Positions 1-14,195 of a stretch of 64,000 nucleotides of DNA are shown here, one piece after another. This stretch comes from Octopus sinensis (lineage: Eukaryota), in NCBI RefSeq assembly GCF_006345805.1, contig NC_043009.1, positions 68,076,001 through 68,140,000 of the forward strand, given 5' to 3'. Below the pieces are notes generated by a model. It worked only from the letters and a program-made list of their open reading frames with translations, was not told the DNA's origin and did no database searches. The number at the start of each line of letters is the position of its first letter. Position 1 is the first letter of the stretch. The translations under genes were made by a program, and so were the position numbers.

Positions 1-2436
1 TCTAACTCGATATTCACGTGCTATTATTTATGGGTTTATGAGCTTTGAGATATACTGTTCCAAATAAGAATTATTTCACGTTCTCTCGAAAGTTTATAAA
101 ATTCTTGATTGCAAGTGGAATTTTTCAACACTCTATCGATTCTAATAATACATCTTTCCAAGAGATATCAATATTATAGAGTTCTGAAAATATAAATTAA
201 CCGCTCAGTCATAAATTCAAATGATATCGGAAATGTTTAGCATCGATTTGAGACAGAAAACAAACAACTTCCCTTTCTGACGAGGCACGAACGAGGCATC
301 GATATTTACCGAGTGACCATCATTAAAGGACGCTAGTAGTTTCGTTTCCTTAAATTAGTATTTGTTGCTGCTATGTTAATTGTCCTCTCCAGTCATCCTG
401 TTGCTTCTCTTTCAAATTTCTATCAATGTCTAATACCAAGACGGAACACATCGATTAAACTTTGAAAATACTGAGCAAAAACTTCAAAAGAGTGAAGAAT
501 ACATTACAAAAAGACAGAAAGAAAAGTAAAACGAGAAAGAATCCTTAAAAGAAGTGAAAAGAACAAAAAAACCATGAAAGCAAAAATGAATAGAATCTTT
601 TGTGAAACCCGAGTATTTGCAGCACTTCAGAAGACGTCTTCTTCAACAGATCTTTCAGTATGCACGTTTTTTTGTTTTCTTTTCCGTAACTTTACAAATA
701 GTATAAAGAGTTTTATTCAATGTTACTGACGTATGTTACATAAAACTATTTACACGGATGCTTTTCTTGTGTCAATAACAACATTGAAGTATTTCAGTGG
801 AAGTGCTTTGCAGAAGTATGTAATACAAGCAAAGCAGGATAGAGGAGAAATGACACCTCCGACAACTGATTGATCAAACATGAGCGAATGTCGATCGGTT
901 GTGCAATTTCACTTCAGTTCACACTTTATGATTGAGTGGACGATGAAACTCGTGCATTATTAGTGTTTTTTTTTGTTCTATTTAAAAACATGAAGCCTTG
1001 TCATGGTATAAGAAACGGTTATATACAATATCCCTTTCTTAAATATTACAGCGAGGTTTATAAAAAACGCGAATGGTTTACAGAGACAGAAAAAGTAAAC
1101 CAATGCTCTGTTGTCTGTAGAAGTTCCATTGGGATATAATGAGGAAATAACTGCTGGTAGGGATATTGTATTTCGTTTAACAGCTTCAGTTTTATATACT
1201 ACCAAGTGTATTAAAAGCTTGTAAGTCAATGCTATGTCCTTTTTGTGTTAGCAGCACGATTCAATTATTTTAAAGATATATCTACAGATTTTTTATAGAG
1301 GTTAGAGACAACACTGAAAGTTGAGACGTTTCGTATACGAATACGTCTATGTAAACAGTGCAATCAAAGACAGAAACAGTAGGTGATGGGTGTATATACA
1401 TATTTCAGGAGATATTGCTCTTTCTTCAGTGCCACATCAACGCATTTACCATCCACGAACACATCACTTAAATAGTGAATAAGTTAAGCGATGTAATACT
1501 ATTTGAGGAGCGGGTTTATAATAAGCTACGCAGATAAACAAATATATTTAATATCATGTAGTTAATATATTTCAGGTATCTGATTTGTTTATCTTCAAAA
1601 TTGCCCCCTCTCTCTATATTTATACATTTATAAATATATATATATGTGTGTGATGAAGGTATATGTACCTGTGAGCTTGTACTCTCATCGCCTGACAAGC
1701 GCTGTTGGTTTGTTTACGGCCCCGTAACCAATACGTTCGACTAAACGCTTCAAGGCAGTGCCCCAGCATGACCACAGTCCAATGACTGAAACAAGTAAAA
1801 TATAAAAGATCTGCAAACACTCATTTATGTACACAGGCTTCCATACAGTTTCCATCAATGGATTTTCTCTTCTGAAGCATCGGTTAACCTGAGGTTACGT
1901 AAGGAATCTTTTGCCTAATCGAACCCGCGACCACATTGCCGCGAGGTGGCTAATGCATGACATTTACTTGATGGGGGACAAATATCACAACCTCCTATTA
2001 GCGTCTGTTTCACAGTTGAGAGATTTCCGCATTAACCCATCTCTCCTGAAATATATGAAAATAATCTTTTTTCCAAGAATTCTGTTATCCTCTGAATATC
2101 AATGCAGATTGCATCGTGTATCTAATATGGTCGAGTTAATTAAATATAGATCCTAGAAAAATCCATTCATTGCCAATATTCCTATCGTTGTCATCAGCGA
2201 TGCTGTCGTAGTAGTGGTCGTCATCGTCATCATCATCATCATCATCATCATCCATCATCGGAGATTTGAGAAAATGCAATGGTAAATCTGTAAATATTAC
2301 ACAATCCAAAATTCAATCGAAAAATGTTTAGCCGGTGGCCAACCGACAGCAGCGAGGACGTCTTCCATGAATTAATATCTTGTAGCCAGGTCATTGTGTC
2401 CTCCTTCATTCTTTTCTGTTTCTCGTGTGCACGGAC

Positions 2437-2438
<2 letters not shown>

Positions 2439-2486
<48 letters not shown>

Positions 2487-2760
2487 ACACACACACACAA
2501 CACACACACGCACACACACACACATTCACACACTTCTCTCTCGCATGACTCTTTGAATCCATATCTTAGTATATTTTCTCTCTCTCTCTATATATATATC
2601 TATCTATCTGTCTGTATGTATGTATGTCTGCATGTCTGTCTATGTATCTATCTGCCTAACTATCTATCTATCTATCTTTCTATTTATGTATGTATGTATG
2701 TGTATATATATATATGTATGTATGTATGTATGTATCTATCTATTTGTGTATATATGTATA
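2439..2760. repeat. Compound microsatellite (AC)n, (TC)n, (TA)n, (TCTA)n, (TATG)n
   Basis: Seen directly. It explains the overlapping low-complexity ORFs at 2248-3022. Confidence 0.95.
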
Positions 2761-3099
2761 CATTCCAGTAACAGACAATTTTCTCTTCAATTTGTCTCCA
2801 TTTTCTTATTTTCATACAGCTTCCGTTCCCGACTTCCGCCAGACATTTACACACGCTAACAAATCTCTTTCTTTCTACCTCTGTTTCTTTCCCTTTCTCT
2901 CCCCCTCTCTCCCTCTCACCCTGTCTCTCTCTTCTACTTTCTCACTCTCTCCTTTGTCCGAAGTTAATCATAGTCTGCTGCTACGTTCGTCAGCGTTCTG
3001 CTATGACAATATAATCTTTTAAAATACACTGAACCAAGGAACAAAGGTGGAGCCCCTACCTGATCTCTTCACCAGCTGGAAGTAAAGTCATTAGGAAAG

Positions 3100-4130
3100 C
3101 ACATTTTACTCTATTAAGCGAACAGCGTTAAATAATGATCCAAGATAAAAGTGAGTTTTTAAAAATTAGTCACAACAGGAAAATCTTTTGACCATAGCTC
3201 CACTTAATTATACAATAACAAGTAAAACCAGAGAGTATTTATTGAATAAAATGGGGAAGATTAATGTGAGCTCCGTAAAGTTGATTAGAGCTGCGTATTG
3301 TAAAGTTGCGTTCACCTTATACAATAGTAAATTATGGAGGAATATTTTGTGCACCAAGTTTTAAATAGGATACACCCGGGATTTGAACTCGGCACGTGGA
3401 GTGCTAGGACACTAGGACAAATACTGCAAGGTCAATTTCCAACAGCCTGAAATATCTGCCAATCCGCCATTCTGTTCAATTTATGGTATGAGAACGTCTT
3501 TGGATTTTGGATTTTTAAAAATATATATTCCCGATTAGAGCTTTCGTTTTGGAAGTGACTCATTTGTGCTGCACTGATAAGCGGCAATTACAACGAATTA
3601 CGAATCTGTCGTTTCTCGTGGTCACTTCTGAAGAGATTTTCGTTTCGCCTAGCTCCAAGTATATTGTATCTTTTAACGCTAAACTTCTTGAAATGGAATT
3701 TTCCCAGGTAAAACAATCGCAGCCTCTGTCGGTTATACAACGCACGCACATTATATGTTACTCATAATATGTACTTTGATGTCTTTTCTGCGGCACAGGT
3801 TTCAATAAATGCAAGTTTGATGGAGGAACGTTTGCAAAATTGGAAAGATGTAGAACCTTTTCTCGTCTGTATGACTGCAGAATATTGTTAGTGATCTGTG
3901 AAGTGTGAGATTGAGTATCACTTTGGCAAAAGCGAACCCTTTGCAGTTTATCAAGGGAAGTTATTTTCTATCCAAACTGTCTTCAAATGGTTTGTGACAG
4001 TAAGTCGTGCTGAACAATTCCTTCCATTTACAACCAAGGACTCCTTCATAAAATATTCTTTGGGTGAAGTTCTCTTGGATGCGTTAATAGCAACAACAAT
4101 AATAATATCTCTCTAGAGAATCTATTTCTT
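3100..4130 (-). mobile_element. Highly decayed hAT-like transposase remnant (tentative)
   Basis: Minus-strand fragments (EYFMKES..., RETTDS..., YCIIK...) loosely resemble the hAT/SPIN N-terminal zinc finger, DESTD and HCIIH motifs. There are many stops and frameshifts. Confidence 0.35.
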
Positions 4131-4271
4131 ATCTCCAGTCATGATCTGTTTTAAAAATATTGCTCTCAGAGAGTGCGTGTATGGAGGGGTTCACAACTAT
4201 CAAGTCCTTATTGATGACATGCTGTTCAAAGAGCAAGAGGAGTCCATTTTCTACTCAATGACGTGTGTATA

Positions 4272-4332
<61 letters not shown>

Positions 4333-4351
<19 letters not shown>

Positions 4352-4720
4352 GTAGCATGGAACTCATTAAAACTTCTTGTATTCTTTACGTTTCGAACTT
4401 TATCGATTACGATGTAGTTTGTAGTTCCTAGATTTCCATCACGATAGAATTATGAAGATTCACAATGCTTCCCTTAAATTTATTAAAACGCTCTCCCACT
4501 GTCGCCGCAAGGTAGATTGCAAGTGTTGCCTGTAGCAGTTCGCCATCCAATTTAGAATGACAACTTGATGTAAGGTCAGCAAACAAATTGAAACTTTCAT
4601 GGCTGAATCTTTCAAATCATTTCTTGCAAATTCCGTCATTCCCTACATCTTCACCGCATTTCCATGAGGATGTGGGCAGGACATAAGCTACCAATCCACT
4701 CCTGACAAGAATTGTCCTTT
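4333..4720 (-). mobile_element. Mariner transposase N-terminal (HTH) remnant; its end is repeated in inverted form at about 5628-5718
   Basis: Minus strand reads ICKK*FERFSHESFNL...SCHSKLDGELLQATL, resembling mariner TCRKWFARFR.GDFSL...SGRPS.LDDE.L. A segment of about 90 bp at 4333-4450 recurs inverted at 5628-5718. Confidence 0.5.
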
Positions 4721-4995
4721 ACATGTGTCACAAAGTTCAATCGTTTTCTGGCTACATCCTGTTATAGAAAGTAGGTCCAACTGCCTGGCAATTAACCAGG
4801 CGTTGCGTCTCAAATGTAAGCACGAGGAAGCAGACGTTTAGGAGGGTAAACTGGGCCCCAGAATCCCCTACCGTGTACTTTTAAAGGAAAATCATGGACT
4901 TCAGATATTATATATTACAAGCAAAGAGTAAAAAATAAATTCCTATACTTTGTGTGTTGTGAATACATATATATGCGAATATATATATGCATGTT

Positions 4996-5330
4996 GTGAA
5001 GGCGCGTGGCTTAGTGGTTAGGGCATTCGGCTCACGATTGTAAGGTCGTGAGTTCGATTCCCGTCCACGCGTTGTGTCCTTGAGCAAGACACTTTATTTC
5101 ATATTGCTCCAGTCCACTCAGCTGGCAAAAATGAGTTGAACCTGTATTTCAAAGGGCCGGCCTTGTCACACTCTGTGTCACGCTGAATCTCCCCAAGAAC
5201 TACGTTAGGGGTACGTGTGTCTGTGGAGTGCTCAGCCACTTGCACGTTAATTTCACGAGCAAGCTGTTCCGTTGATCGTATCAGCTGGGACCCTCGTCGT
5301 CGTAACCGACGGAGTGCCCCGAAAAAAAAA
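4996..5330 (+). mobile_element. tRNA-derived CORE-type SINE
   Basis: A box TGGCTTAGTGG, B box GAGTTCGATTCC, CORE-like GTGTCCTTGAGCAAGACACTT, short poly-A tail, and an approximately 8-bp TSD ATGCATGT (4987-4994 / 5330-5337). Confidence 0.85.
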
Positions 5331-5767
5331 TGCATGTGAAATTTATAATACGATAGCTTTCTCAACAGAGTGAGTTGAAGATCGAACGTAGAGATATTGT
5401 CATTATTAACGATAGTAGTAGAAGAGTATTAAATATGAGGTATACAGGAATTGAGTCTCGTTCGCTTACATAAGAATCGGTTTGATTTTCATGCAGTTGG
5501 ATTTCACAGCTAGAATAGATATATACGAAAATGGCATCGTATTTATTGAAATGTAAATCACCAGGAAAATTTAGAAAGCACACATTGGAAAGAAAAAATG
5601 TACAAGAAGTTTTCTTAACAGAAATATGTCCTATCGTGATGGAAAACTAGGAGTTACATACTTACAGATAAAGTTTGAAATGCGAAGAATACAAGAAATT
5701 TGAATGAGTTCCATGCAAAGTTCCAATTCATTATTATCAACCAAAAAGAAGCATATGTATATATATG

Positions 5768-5832
<65 letters not shown>

Positions 5833-6543
5833 CGAGAGAAAAGTTCCTCGGTAACTCACTTGGAGTAACTACTTTAACTGGAAGAAAGCTCTCAGCAAGA
5901 AACGGAAGTACTACGTATTTTCAAATCATAGTTGTTGAATTCATACACGCGCAGGTACAAGCACAGATACATAAACATATGTCTACATACGCACATACAT
6001 GCATGTGTTTGTGTGTGTGTGTGTGTGTGTATGTACGCACAATATATGGGGGTGCGCGCGGCCGTGTGTATGTAAGTGCTTGTGTTTGCGTTAGAGCTTT
6101 TCACAATCCCCCCACCATTATTTATGTTACTTAACATACTTTTCATGGAAGAGATTTTCGGAGACATCTTCGTCAATTTTTCTCGTTCGACAGATCCATT
6201 GCATTTTCATTAGAAATCCCGGATATTGCATTCTATGTAGGGTGAACGTCTTTCGAATCTTGTATCGAATGAAGATAGAGTGCTTGCTTTTTAGGCACAG
6301 CAGGAATTTTCGTTTCAAAAGAGAAGTAACGGACCTTCTAAGCTATATTTAGCAAACTTATATACAATCCCCCAAATAACACCATTAGCATCAGACATTT
6401 ATTTTTTCTTAATATGAAGTGGGTAAGACTCTTTCAGTTCCTTGACTTTTCATAAAAGTACACGCATTTACACAAACAAACAATCACGCGCATCTTCGGG
6501 CACCCTCCCCCCACACGTATTATATATATATATTAGCATGTGT

Positions 6544-6574
<31 letters not shown>

Positions 6575-6727
6575 CACATATATATACTTGAAAGATATGA
6601 ATAGGTTTTCCACTTTAATAATTAGATGTTTATCTAATTATTAAAGCGGAAAAATTATCAGTAAAGCCATTTCTGTTCATGTTTTCAAATATATAATACT
6701 GTTGCAAAGACTTTCTCTTTCTAATTC

Positions 6728-6732
<5 letters not shown>

Positions 6733-6785
<53 letters not shown>

Positions 6786-6991
6786 TGTGTGTGTGTGTGT
6801 ATGTGTGTGAATGAGTGTGTGTGTGTGTGCGTGCGTGTGTATAGATAAATATAGAGATAAACAGATAAGTAGATAGATAGCTAGAGAGACAGACAGGCAC
6901 ACAGACAGACAGACAGACAGACAGATAGACAAACAGACATACAGATAAACAGACAGACAGACAGGCAGACAGATAAATAGATAGATAGATT

Positions 6992-7083
<92 letters not shown>
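6733..7083. repeat. (TG)n followed by (GACA)n/(GATA)n microsatellite
   Basis: Seen directly. Confidence 0.95.
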
Positions 7084-7084
<1 letters not shown>

Positions 7085-7792
7085 ACCGACATTTTGTAAC
7101 TGATTCTTTCACTTGTATAACGTTGAAACTGTTCAACGTTATATTAACTTAAGCTTTGTAATAATTCGCTAAGATGCCTCTCTTACGTAGCGAAACAATA
7201 CTGTTTTGAGCTGGTAAAAATTAATACAAACACTACAAGTGATATAGAGAAAGCCGACGTTTCGGATGCTAGTCTTTCTTCGGAAGAAGGGAAAAGTGGA
7301 TGTCTTTTTAATGGGGTGTAATATTACATGGTTGGTGCATAGCTGCTTTCTACCAAAATGCTTTTAGTTATGCTCTATGTCACCTTTTTTGTCCAAAAAT
7401 CAAAAATAAATATGGTATTATTAATAATCACACGGTTCGAGAGAAATTATTTAGTCGCATAACTGAATGGATGTATAAAAATGTTTTTAGATGAAACTAT
7501 TTGGGGTACCCATTGACACCGAAATGAATAAATTTGTGTTTCTGTGTGAGTGCGCGAGCGCGTGTGTACTCATATTTCTTCGGAGCAATAACACCAGTAG
7601 AGATAGTATGGTAGCGGTGGCGGTGTGGTATCGACAGTTATGCTCTTAACAAAACGAAATTCTCTTAGATCCATCGTACATTTACACATCCCGGATATGA
7701 CATTTCATACTGGAATAATATAATGTCGATGTTATTTCGAATCATGCCTCGCTGCTCTTTGTTTCGTTTTTTTTTTCTTCTCTTCTTCTTCT

Positions 7793-7823
<31 letters not shown>

Positions 7824-7949
7824 CACGTCTACACTTTCTCTTTCTTCTCTCTCATCCACAACATGTGTCTATGTTTTATCATCGAACGAATGAACAAGCC
7901 ATCATGATTATTTTTGGCATAAATTTATCTAAACATATCTCCAAAATAA

Positions 7950-8400
7950 CATTATGAACGCTTGGCGACCTTTTCTAGTTCAATGTAAGAGTCTCGTCTA
8001 CGACAGAGTTTGTCATAAAAGTATTTTTAGATACTTACAATTGAATGAGAGAGGTTATAGGAGTTCAATATCAAGTAGTGTCAACCAAGGACCGTATAGT
8101 TCTTTCTGCTAAACGAGGACTTTCTAGTGTATCAAAATTGATTTAAGCATGTGTTAAATAAGGACATTTATAAAAGTTCATTATTGATTCAAGATAGCGT
8201 CAAATGGTTGGTTTATACGAGTTGTATGTTTGTTTCAACGAGCATTAGTCGAGGACAGAATAGGATTCGGTATGTTATTGATTATAAACTGGTGTTTTTA
8301 GGAGTTCGCTATTGATGTGAAGCAGTGTTAAATGGGTAATTTAGAGTTCTTCAATATTGATTTAAACCAAATAAAGACTTGAACGGAATCCGATTAGGAT
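7950..8400 (-). mobile_element. Decayed LINE (CR1/L2-like) RT C-terminal remnant (tentative)
   Basis: Minus strand YKPTI*RYLES...CPYL...DTLESPRLAERTIRSL resembles YKSLVRP.LEY...W.PYL....LE.VQRRAT.L. Confidence 0.35.
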
Positions 8401-9304
8401 TTCTTAGGTCTTAGATCTGTCACGAATATACATGACCATTAAGCCGAAGTTCATTCGGTTTCCATGGTTAATGAGCAACCGAAACTACAACCGTCCGCTT
8501 CCACATCAGTCCGTCGCAGAGTTAACTCCCAGTTTTAGCTGCAACTCATTTCCAGGTTAGTGGATTTGGTCGACCTAAAAATCAAGTTGTTTTGCTCAAG
8601 AACAAAACGTGACACCCGGTTTGGGAATCGTGACTCCAACGCACTGTCCACTCGGCCACGTGCCTTCACCGGTAGAAATTCGAACAGCGTTAAATAAGGG
8701 TTTTATAGGACTTTAGTGCCCATTTAAGTAACGGCAAGAAAAGACTTTAAAGGTGGTCAATATAAATTTAACTAATGTTTATTAAAGATTTCATGACCAG
8801 TTTTTACTTTGTAATAACGATGTTTTAAAAATCCCACGGGTTAGATATGTTAAATAAATTATTTGAATTACTTACAGAGATATGAAGATCAATGTCTTTA
8901 ACAGACAAGAAACAGAGTGTTATTGCTTAAAAGTCTATGGTAAATGAGGGAGTTGACTGGAGGTGCCCTTCTGCTACTTCTTTTCAACTGGGCAGCGATT
9001 TTCTGATTAGGCGGCGAAACCGAATCGTGAATCGGTTTGTCCCAGAGCTTACAGCTTACTTACGGTCCTTCTTGAGTTTATTTCTTATTGATGAATGGTG
9101 GTTAAGATTAGAGTTTGCATTGCGAATGAGTAATTAGATAAGTCTTGGAAATGTCAGGATTTCAGAAAGGAAGAACTACAATCTCAGTGTCTATGGAAAT
9201 ATAGCATTTTACAGAACTGTCTGATCCATGTCAACATATGATAGACTTGTGATGAAACACATGCTGATCATGCATACACACATACACACGCAAGCATACA
9301 CAAG

Positions 9305-9344
<40 letters not shown>

Positions 9345-9869
9345 CACGCACACAAAACACGTATTAGCATTACATACATTCACACACATAGGCGCATAAA
9401 GTCACATAGGTTACACACATACAGTCCATGCATACTCACACAAACACATGCACACACACACACACACGCACACACATGAACACTCACATACACACACGCA
9501 CACACATTAACACACACATACACACACACACACAGACGTATCTGTTCAAGATGTCTCAATTATATAATATAAATAATCTGTCAATTTTCAGCCATTCTTA
9601 GAGTGAGTAAAAAAAAACACAATCTTGTCGAAACGTTTGAATGTTTAATGACCAATGTCATTAAAATAACCAGAAGATGAAAAGAATTTTCCGTCTTCAA
9701 AATATTCTCGTTTTTTCCGTGTCTAGTTTTGAAAAATACTCAGACCATCTTTGACAGTTTAAAGTTGTTGATCGACAATTAAGTAGGAATTACGTCACAC
9801 AACGAAGTGAGAGGTTGTTGCTCTTGTTGTTGTTAGTTACTTCTGGGTTACGCCGAATCGATCAACTCT

Positions 9870-10310
9870 GTAACGAAAGTGTTGCAGCTCTTAGACTGCG
9901 GCCATGCTGGGACTCCGTCTTGAGGAATTTTGGTCGAACGAATCGACCGCAGTGCTTATCATTCTTAAGCCTGCAACTTATTCGATCCTTCTGTATTTGC
10001 CAAACCGCTAAATTAAGAAGACGTAGACACACCAGCACAAGTTGTCAAGCAGTGGTAGGGGACAAACACATGCACACACACACACACACACACCACACAC
10101 ACACACGCACACACACACACACACATTCACACAGACATGTATGTATGTATGTGTATGCACGACGGGTTTCTATCAGTTTCTGTCTACCGAATCCACTCAC
10201 AAGACTTTGGTCGACCCGAGGTTATAGTAGATGGCACTTGTGCCACAGTGCCACGCACTAAGACTGAACCCGGCCAGGAAGCAAACATCTTACAATGCTG
10301 CCATGCCCGC
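9870..10310 (-). mobile_element. tRNA-derived SINE with internal (CA)n (octopus OR-like family)
   Basis: Shares blocks GACTGCGGCCATGCTGG, CAGTTTC..TCTACC.AATCCACTCACAAG.CTTTGGTCG.CCCGAGG and GTGCCACGCA with copies at 21.2, 23.4, 25.6, 26.7, 39.5, 44.4 and 46.1 kb. Confidence 0.8.
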
Positions 10311-10429
10311 AGCTGTGATAATCTTATTATCAAGCGCTACATACCTGGGACTTCATTATCGTATATAAACCATGCTTAAACTGAGGTGCTTAGCTGCTCT
10401 CTTTTACAGGTGCAGCGACTGCGTCTAGG

Positions 10430-11600
10430 CTTTCTCTTTAAAAAGATATCAGCAACGCGAAGAGTGCAAATGGCGAATGCGTCCGATTTTCTGTAGGTTC
10501 CGATGAAGATTAGATTCTGGTATATAAAGACGTGTTTAGTTGTTGTTCCTGGTGTTATTGTTCCGTTTGTTGCGAATCGTAGTTTTTTTAGTGATGATGG
10601 TCGTTATGTTTCCTCAATATGGCGTGACTAATGTTATGTTTCTCGATGTCGCCCCGTGATTGACGAAAGAATGCGCAGCGGGGATTCAGGTGTATAGCTG
10701 TATTGAATAGAAACTGTGTGTATATTGTTGTTACAGTTGTAATACTGTCAACTATCGATTTTATAGAAGGATATGTCTTGTGTCATTTTATCAGTTGGGT
10801 TATATGTGAAGTAGAGTTTCCTAATCACTCGAAATAATGATACGCAGATTAATTATGTGACTGATCATCACTGGTCAAGTGTTCTGTTTAATTCTTTAAT
10901 CGTAATTTTATTACACACGAAATGCATGTTTGAAATCTTGAAAAGTTAGTAAAGTGGTCCTACAGTTATACAAATCTCTTAAAAGAGAATTGTAGAGGGA
11001 TGCTGATTAAAACAAATTCTTGGTTAAAATGAAATGTTTGAAACCTTTAAGACGTCTGATGGCTTTAGCACTGCCACACCTTTCAAGCAGTTTTATGATT
11101 CCTTTAAAAACTTAAATTTCTGAAAGGGAAAAAACGGAAATTAATAAAGATGTATAATTAGTTAATTTGAAGGTTCCTGAACTGTGGAATGTAGTTGAAG
11201 ACTTGCCCAACGGTAAAATGGTTAGGAAACGCTGTTATAGAGAAAGTGATATGCTGGCTATATAGTTTAGCGGTGATTCCGTAAAATTTGTTTTGTGAGT
11301 TTTATTATTTGTTGGGTTAGGAATGTATAGTTTGTGCTGCGTTCATTGTGTGACTGCATTGAAGCTGTTTTGCGTAGGTTGCAAGGTTTTCTTCACCAGG
11401 CTTTCTTTGGACTTTATGAAATATTGTGAGCTCTGTTGTGGCTTTAAAATTGTAAGTTAAAAACTTCTGTATCATACTTAGATCTTCAAATATTTATGGT
11501 ACAATTTTACTAAAAGAGGTTGAAGTAGGGTTTGCAATCCGAATTCATAAAACTCTCACCAGTAACGCCTACGCAAATAAACGCATCGAATGGAGGGTTG
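10430..11600 (-). mobile_element. Decayed LINE RT remnant (tentative)
   Basis: Minus-strand fragments TVGPLY*LFKISNM and YLRVIRKLYF resemble RT motifs (S.LGPLLF.IYI.D, YLGV..D.KL.F). The sequence is heavily degraded. Confidence 0.35.
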
Positions 11601-11672
11601 TCGCTTGGGTGATGCAAACGTGTCGTCTGTCAGGAGTAATGAACCCCAAACAAATGGTGGAGTAGCGACGAT

Positions 11673-11736
<64 letters not shown>

Positions 11737-12723
11737 GACTACTACTCATTGTAATTTTATCCCCTTCCAGGTATTCTTCGGGTTAAATCAAAGTAGAGTG
11801 GGGTTTCGTTCTTTGCCTTCATAATTAAATCTGATTATTTGTTTTTTTTTGTCTTTTTACTTTGTTAGTCTGTTCAGTCATGTCTCAGCTGATTTTAGTT
11901 ACGTCGGGGTCGTCGTGTACCTTCTTTGGTAGACTTTTTTACCGTTTCTTTTTCCAGCAGATATAGCTACTTAATCGTTTCTGGAAATATACTTAAACTT
12001 GGCAAGGCCCCTCTGTCAGAAATTACACGGTAATTTGTCTCACAGCAATCGTTGTTAGAGTTGACATGGTATAAGTATTCTTCCGTTATTTCAATTTTGT
12101 AATTATTCCAGTTTCTATTATTAGACCAGAGCGTTCGAATCATAGTTGGCTCTAGGCCTCTCTTTTTGTTGTCTTGTGGTATTATTCGCCACAAAATATT
12201 ATTGTCCTCCATTATTTTCTCTTTAATATATTTAAGAATTCAGTTATAATTTTTGTCAATGAACAGCATTATGATAGAGTTAATCCTGCAGCTATTAAAG
12301 TATGAATTAACAATTAAACATGTAAGTCAACCGAAAGGTTCCAAATCAACCGAATTCTTAAATTTATACCTGTAATTAAATCACATTATGATCCCGTTTC
12401 TATACACCTCTCATTACGTCGAGAACTCTGATTAATAAATTGTATGCAGATTACTTAATACGCCTTGTAAATCATTCATCCATTAATACTGATCATTGAT
12501 TTCATTATCACACAATTAAAATTCCATACTTTCATAACCAAACAGCTGGAATGAACGACCGGTAAGAAAGGTTCTTAACTCTATCATTAAGTTCAATCAA
12601 ATACGTCGCCGAGTTTTACAGGTTTTCATTTCAATTGCCCAAACTAGCCAACAATCCGTGTGAGCATCGCAGTAACATATTCACCAGACGACACCACGTT
12701 ATACATTATAATAGCACTAATAA

Positions 12724-13315
12724 AGCGGCGAACCGGCAGGAACATTAGCACGCCGGGTGAAATGCGTAGCCGTACTTCGTCTGCTGTTACGTTCTGAGTT
12801 CAAATTCCGCCGAGATCGACTTTGCCTTTCATCCTTTCGGGGTCAATAAATTAAGTACCAGTTACGTACTGGAGTCGATGTAATCAATTTAATCCGTTTG
12901 TCTGTCCTTGTTTGTCCTATCTGTGTTTAGCCCATTGTGAGTAGTAAAGAAATAGAAATAGGTATTTCGTCTGCCGTTAAGTTCTGAGTTCAAATTCTGC
13001 CGAGGTCGACTTTGCCTTTCATCCTTTCGGGGTCAATTAAATAAATACCAGTTACGCACTGGCGTCGATATAATCGACTTAATCCGTCTGTCTGTTCTTG
13101 TTTATCTCCTCTGTATTTAGCCCCTGAAATAGGTATTTCATCTGTCTTTACGTCCTGAATTCAAATTCCGCCGAGGTCGACTATACCTTTTGCCTTTCAT
13201 TCTTTCAGGGTTGCTAAATTAAGTACCAGTTGCATACTTGAGTCGATCTAATCGACTGGCCCCGCTCCCCCAAAATTTCGGGCCTTGTGCCGAGAGTAGA
13301 AAAGAATATCTAGCA
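12724..13315 (+). mobile_element. tRNA-headed SINE with three tandem copies of a core of about 180-190 bp
   Basis: Head GGCGAACCGGCAG...TTAGCACGCCGGG followed by three copies of TTCTGAGTTCAAATTC.GCCGAGGTCGACTTTGCCTTTCATCCTTTCGGGGTC...AAGTACCAGTT. Confidence 0.85.
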
Positions 13316-13871
13316 TTAATTGCACAAACATTGTCCACTTTCTTTTATCGCAACTTAAATACAAGTCGACGAGTGGGCATCAAATTAGAGGAAGATATAC
13401 AACTACAAAAGGCATCTACCGAAGAGTTACAACAAGAAAAAGCAGTCAAAACCCCTCAAATATCTTCGTTCTCTCTTAAAGAAAGGGAAGATCACAACGA
13501 CCAATGTAATCTTATCGAAAAAGACATGGAGGTCGAGTCATATTCGAAATATCTTTGACCATAGATTCGCTCAATCAATGTTATCTTTCATGCTTTACTT
13601 GTTTCAGTCATTAGACTGCGGCCATGCTGGGGCACCGACTGGAATGATTTAATCAAACAAATTGACCCCAGTACTTTGTTTTTTGTAATCAGCTTCGTAT
13701 CCTATTCCTTTTTTTTATGTCGACCAGCTAAGTTACGGAACAATAAGAGCATATCTTTAATAATTACGTTTAATAATCAGCTGAGACAATGATGAACAGA
13801 TTAACATGAAAAAGAAGGCATCGAATCAGAATTATTGGCAAGGTTATTGCTACGATCAATGATACATAGGA

Positions 13872-14195
13872 GCACTCCGTCGGTTACGACGATGATGGTC
13901 ACAGCTGCTACGATCAACGGAACAGCTTGCCCGTGAAATTAACGTGCAAGTGGCTGAGCACTCCACAGACACGTGTAGCCTTAACGTAGTTCTCGGGGAT
14001 ATTCAGCATGACACAGAATGTGACACAGACTGGCCCTTTCAAATACAGGTACTACTCATTTTTGCCAGCTGAGTGAACTGGAGCAACGTGAAATAAAATG
14101 TCTTGTTCAAGGACACAACGCATCGCCAGGAATTGAACTCATGACTTTGCGATCTTGAGTCGAATACCCTAACCACTAAGCCACGCGCCTTCCCA
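13872..14195 (-). mobile_element. tRNA-derived CORE-type SINE (same family as 4996-5330)
   Basis: Reverse-complement similarity to 4996-5320 along its length. Confidence 0.85.

Noticed and set aside
600-1450. Possibly coding-like non-repetitive stretch (ORFs 936-1139, 978-1229)
   Set aside because: Frames are short and stop-ridden, and I recognise no motif. It may be an ancient TE, but I cannot support a call without a search.
8878-8939. Candidate upstream exon (cttacag|AGATATG...TCTATG|gtaaat) whose phases (2 to 1) would fit the missing exon 2
   Set aside because: The translation DMKINVFNRQETECYCLKVY lacks the conserved helix and YD.R.RP motif expected before the 68-nt exon, and the donor is mediocre. 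RNA-seq junctions would be needed. The true upstream exon is probably outside the window.
11750-11776. Strong acceptor directly followed by GT (ttttatccccttccag|gtattc), a possible recursive splice site
   Set aside because: The regenerated donor GTATTC is weak, and such motifs are expected by chance in tens of kb.
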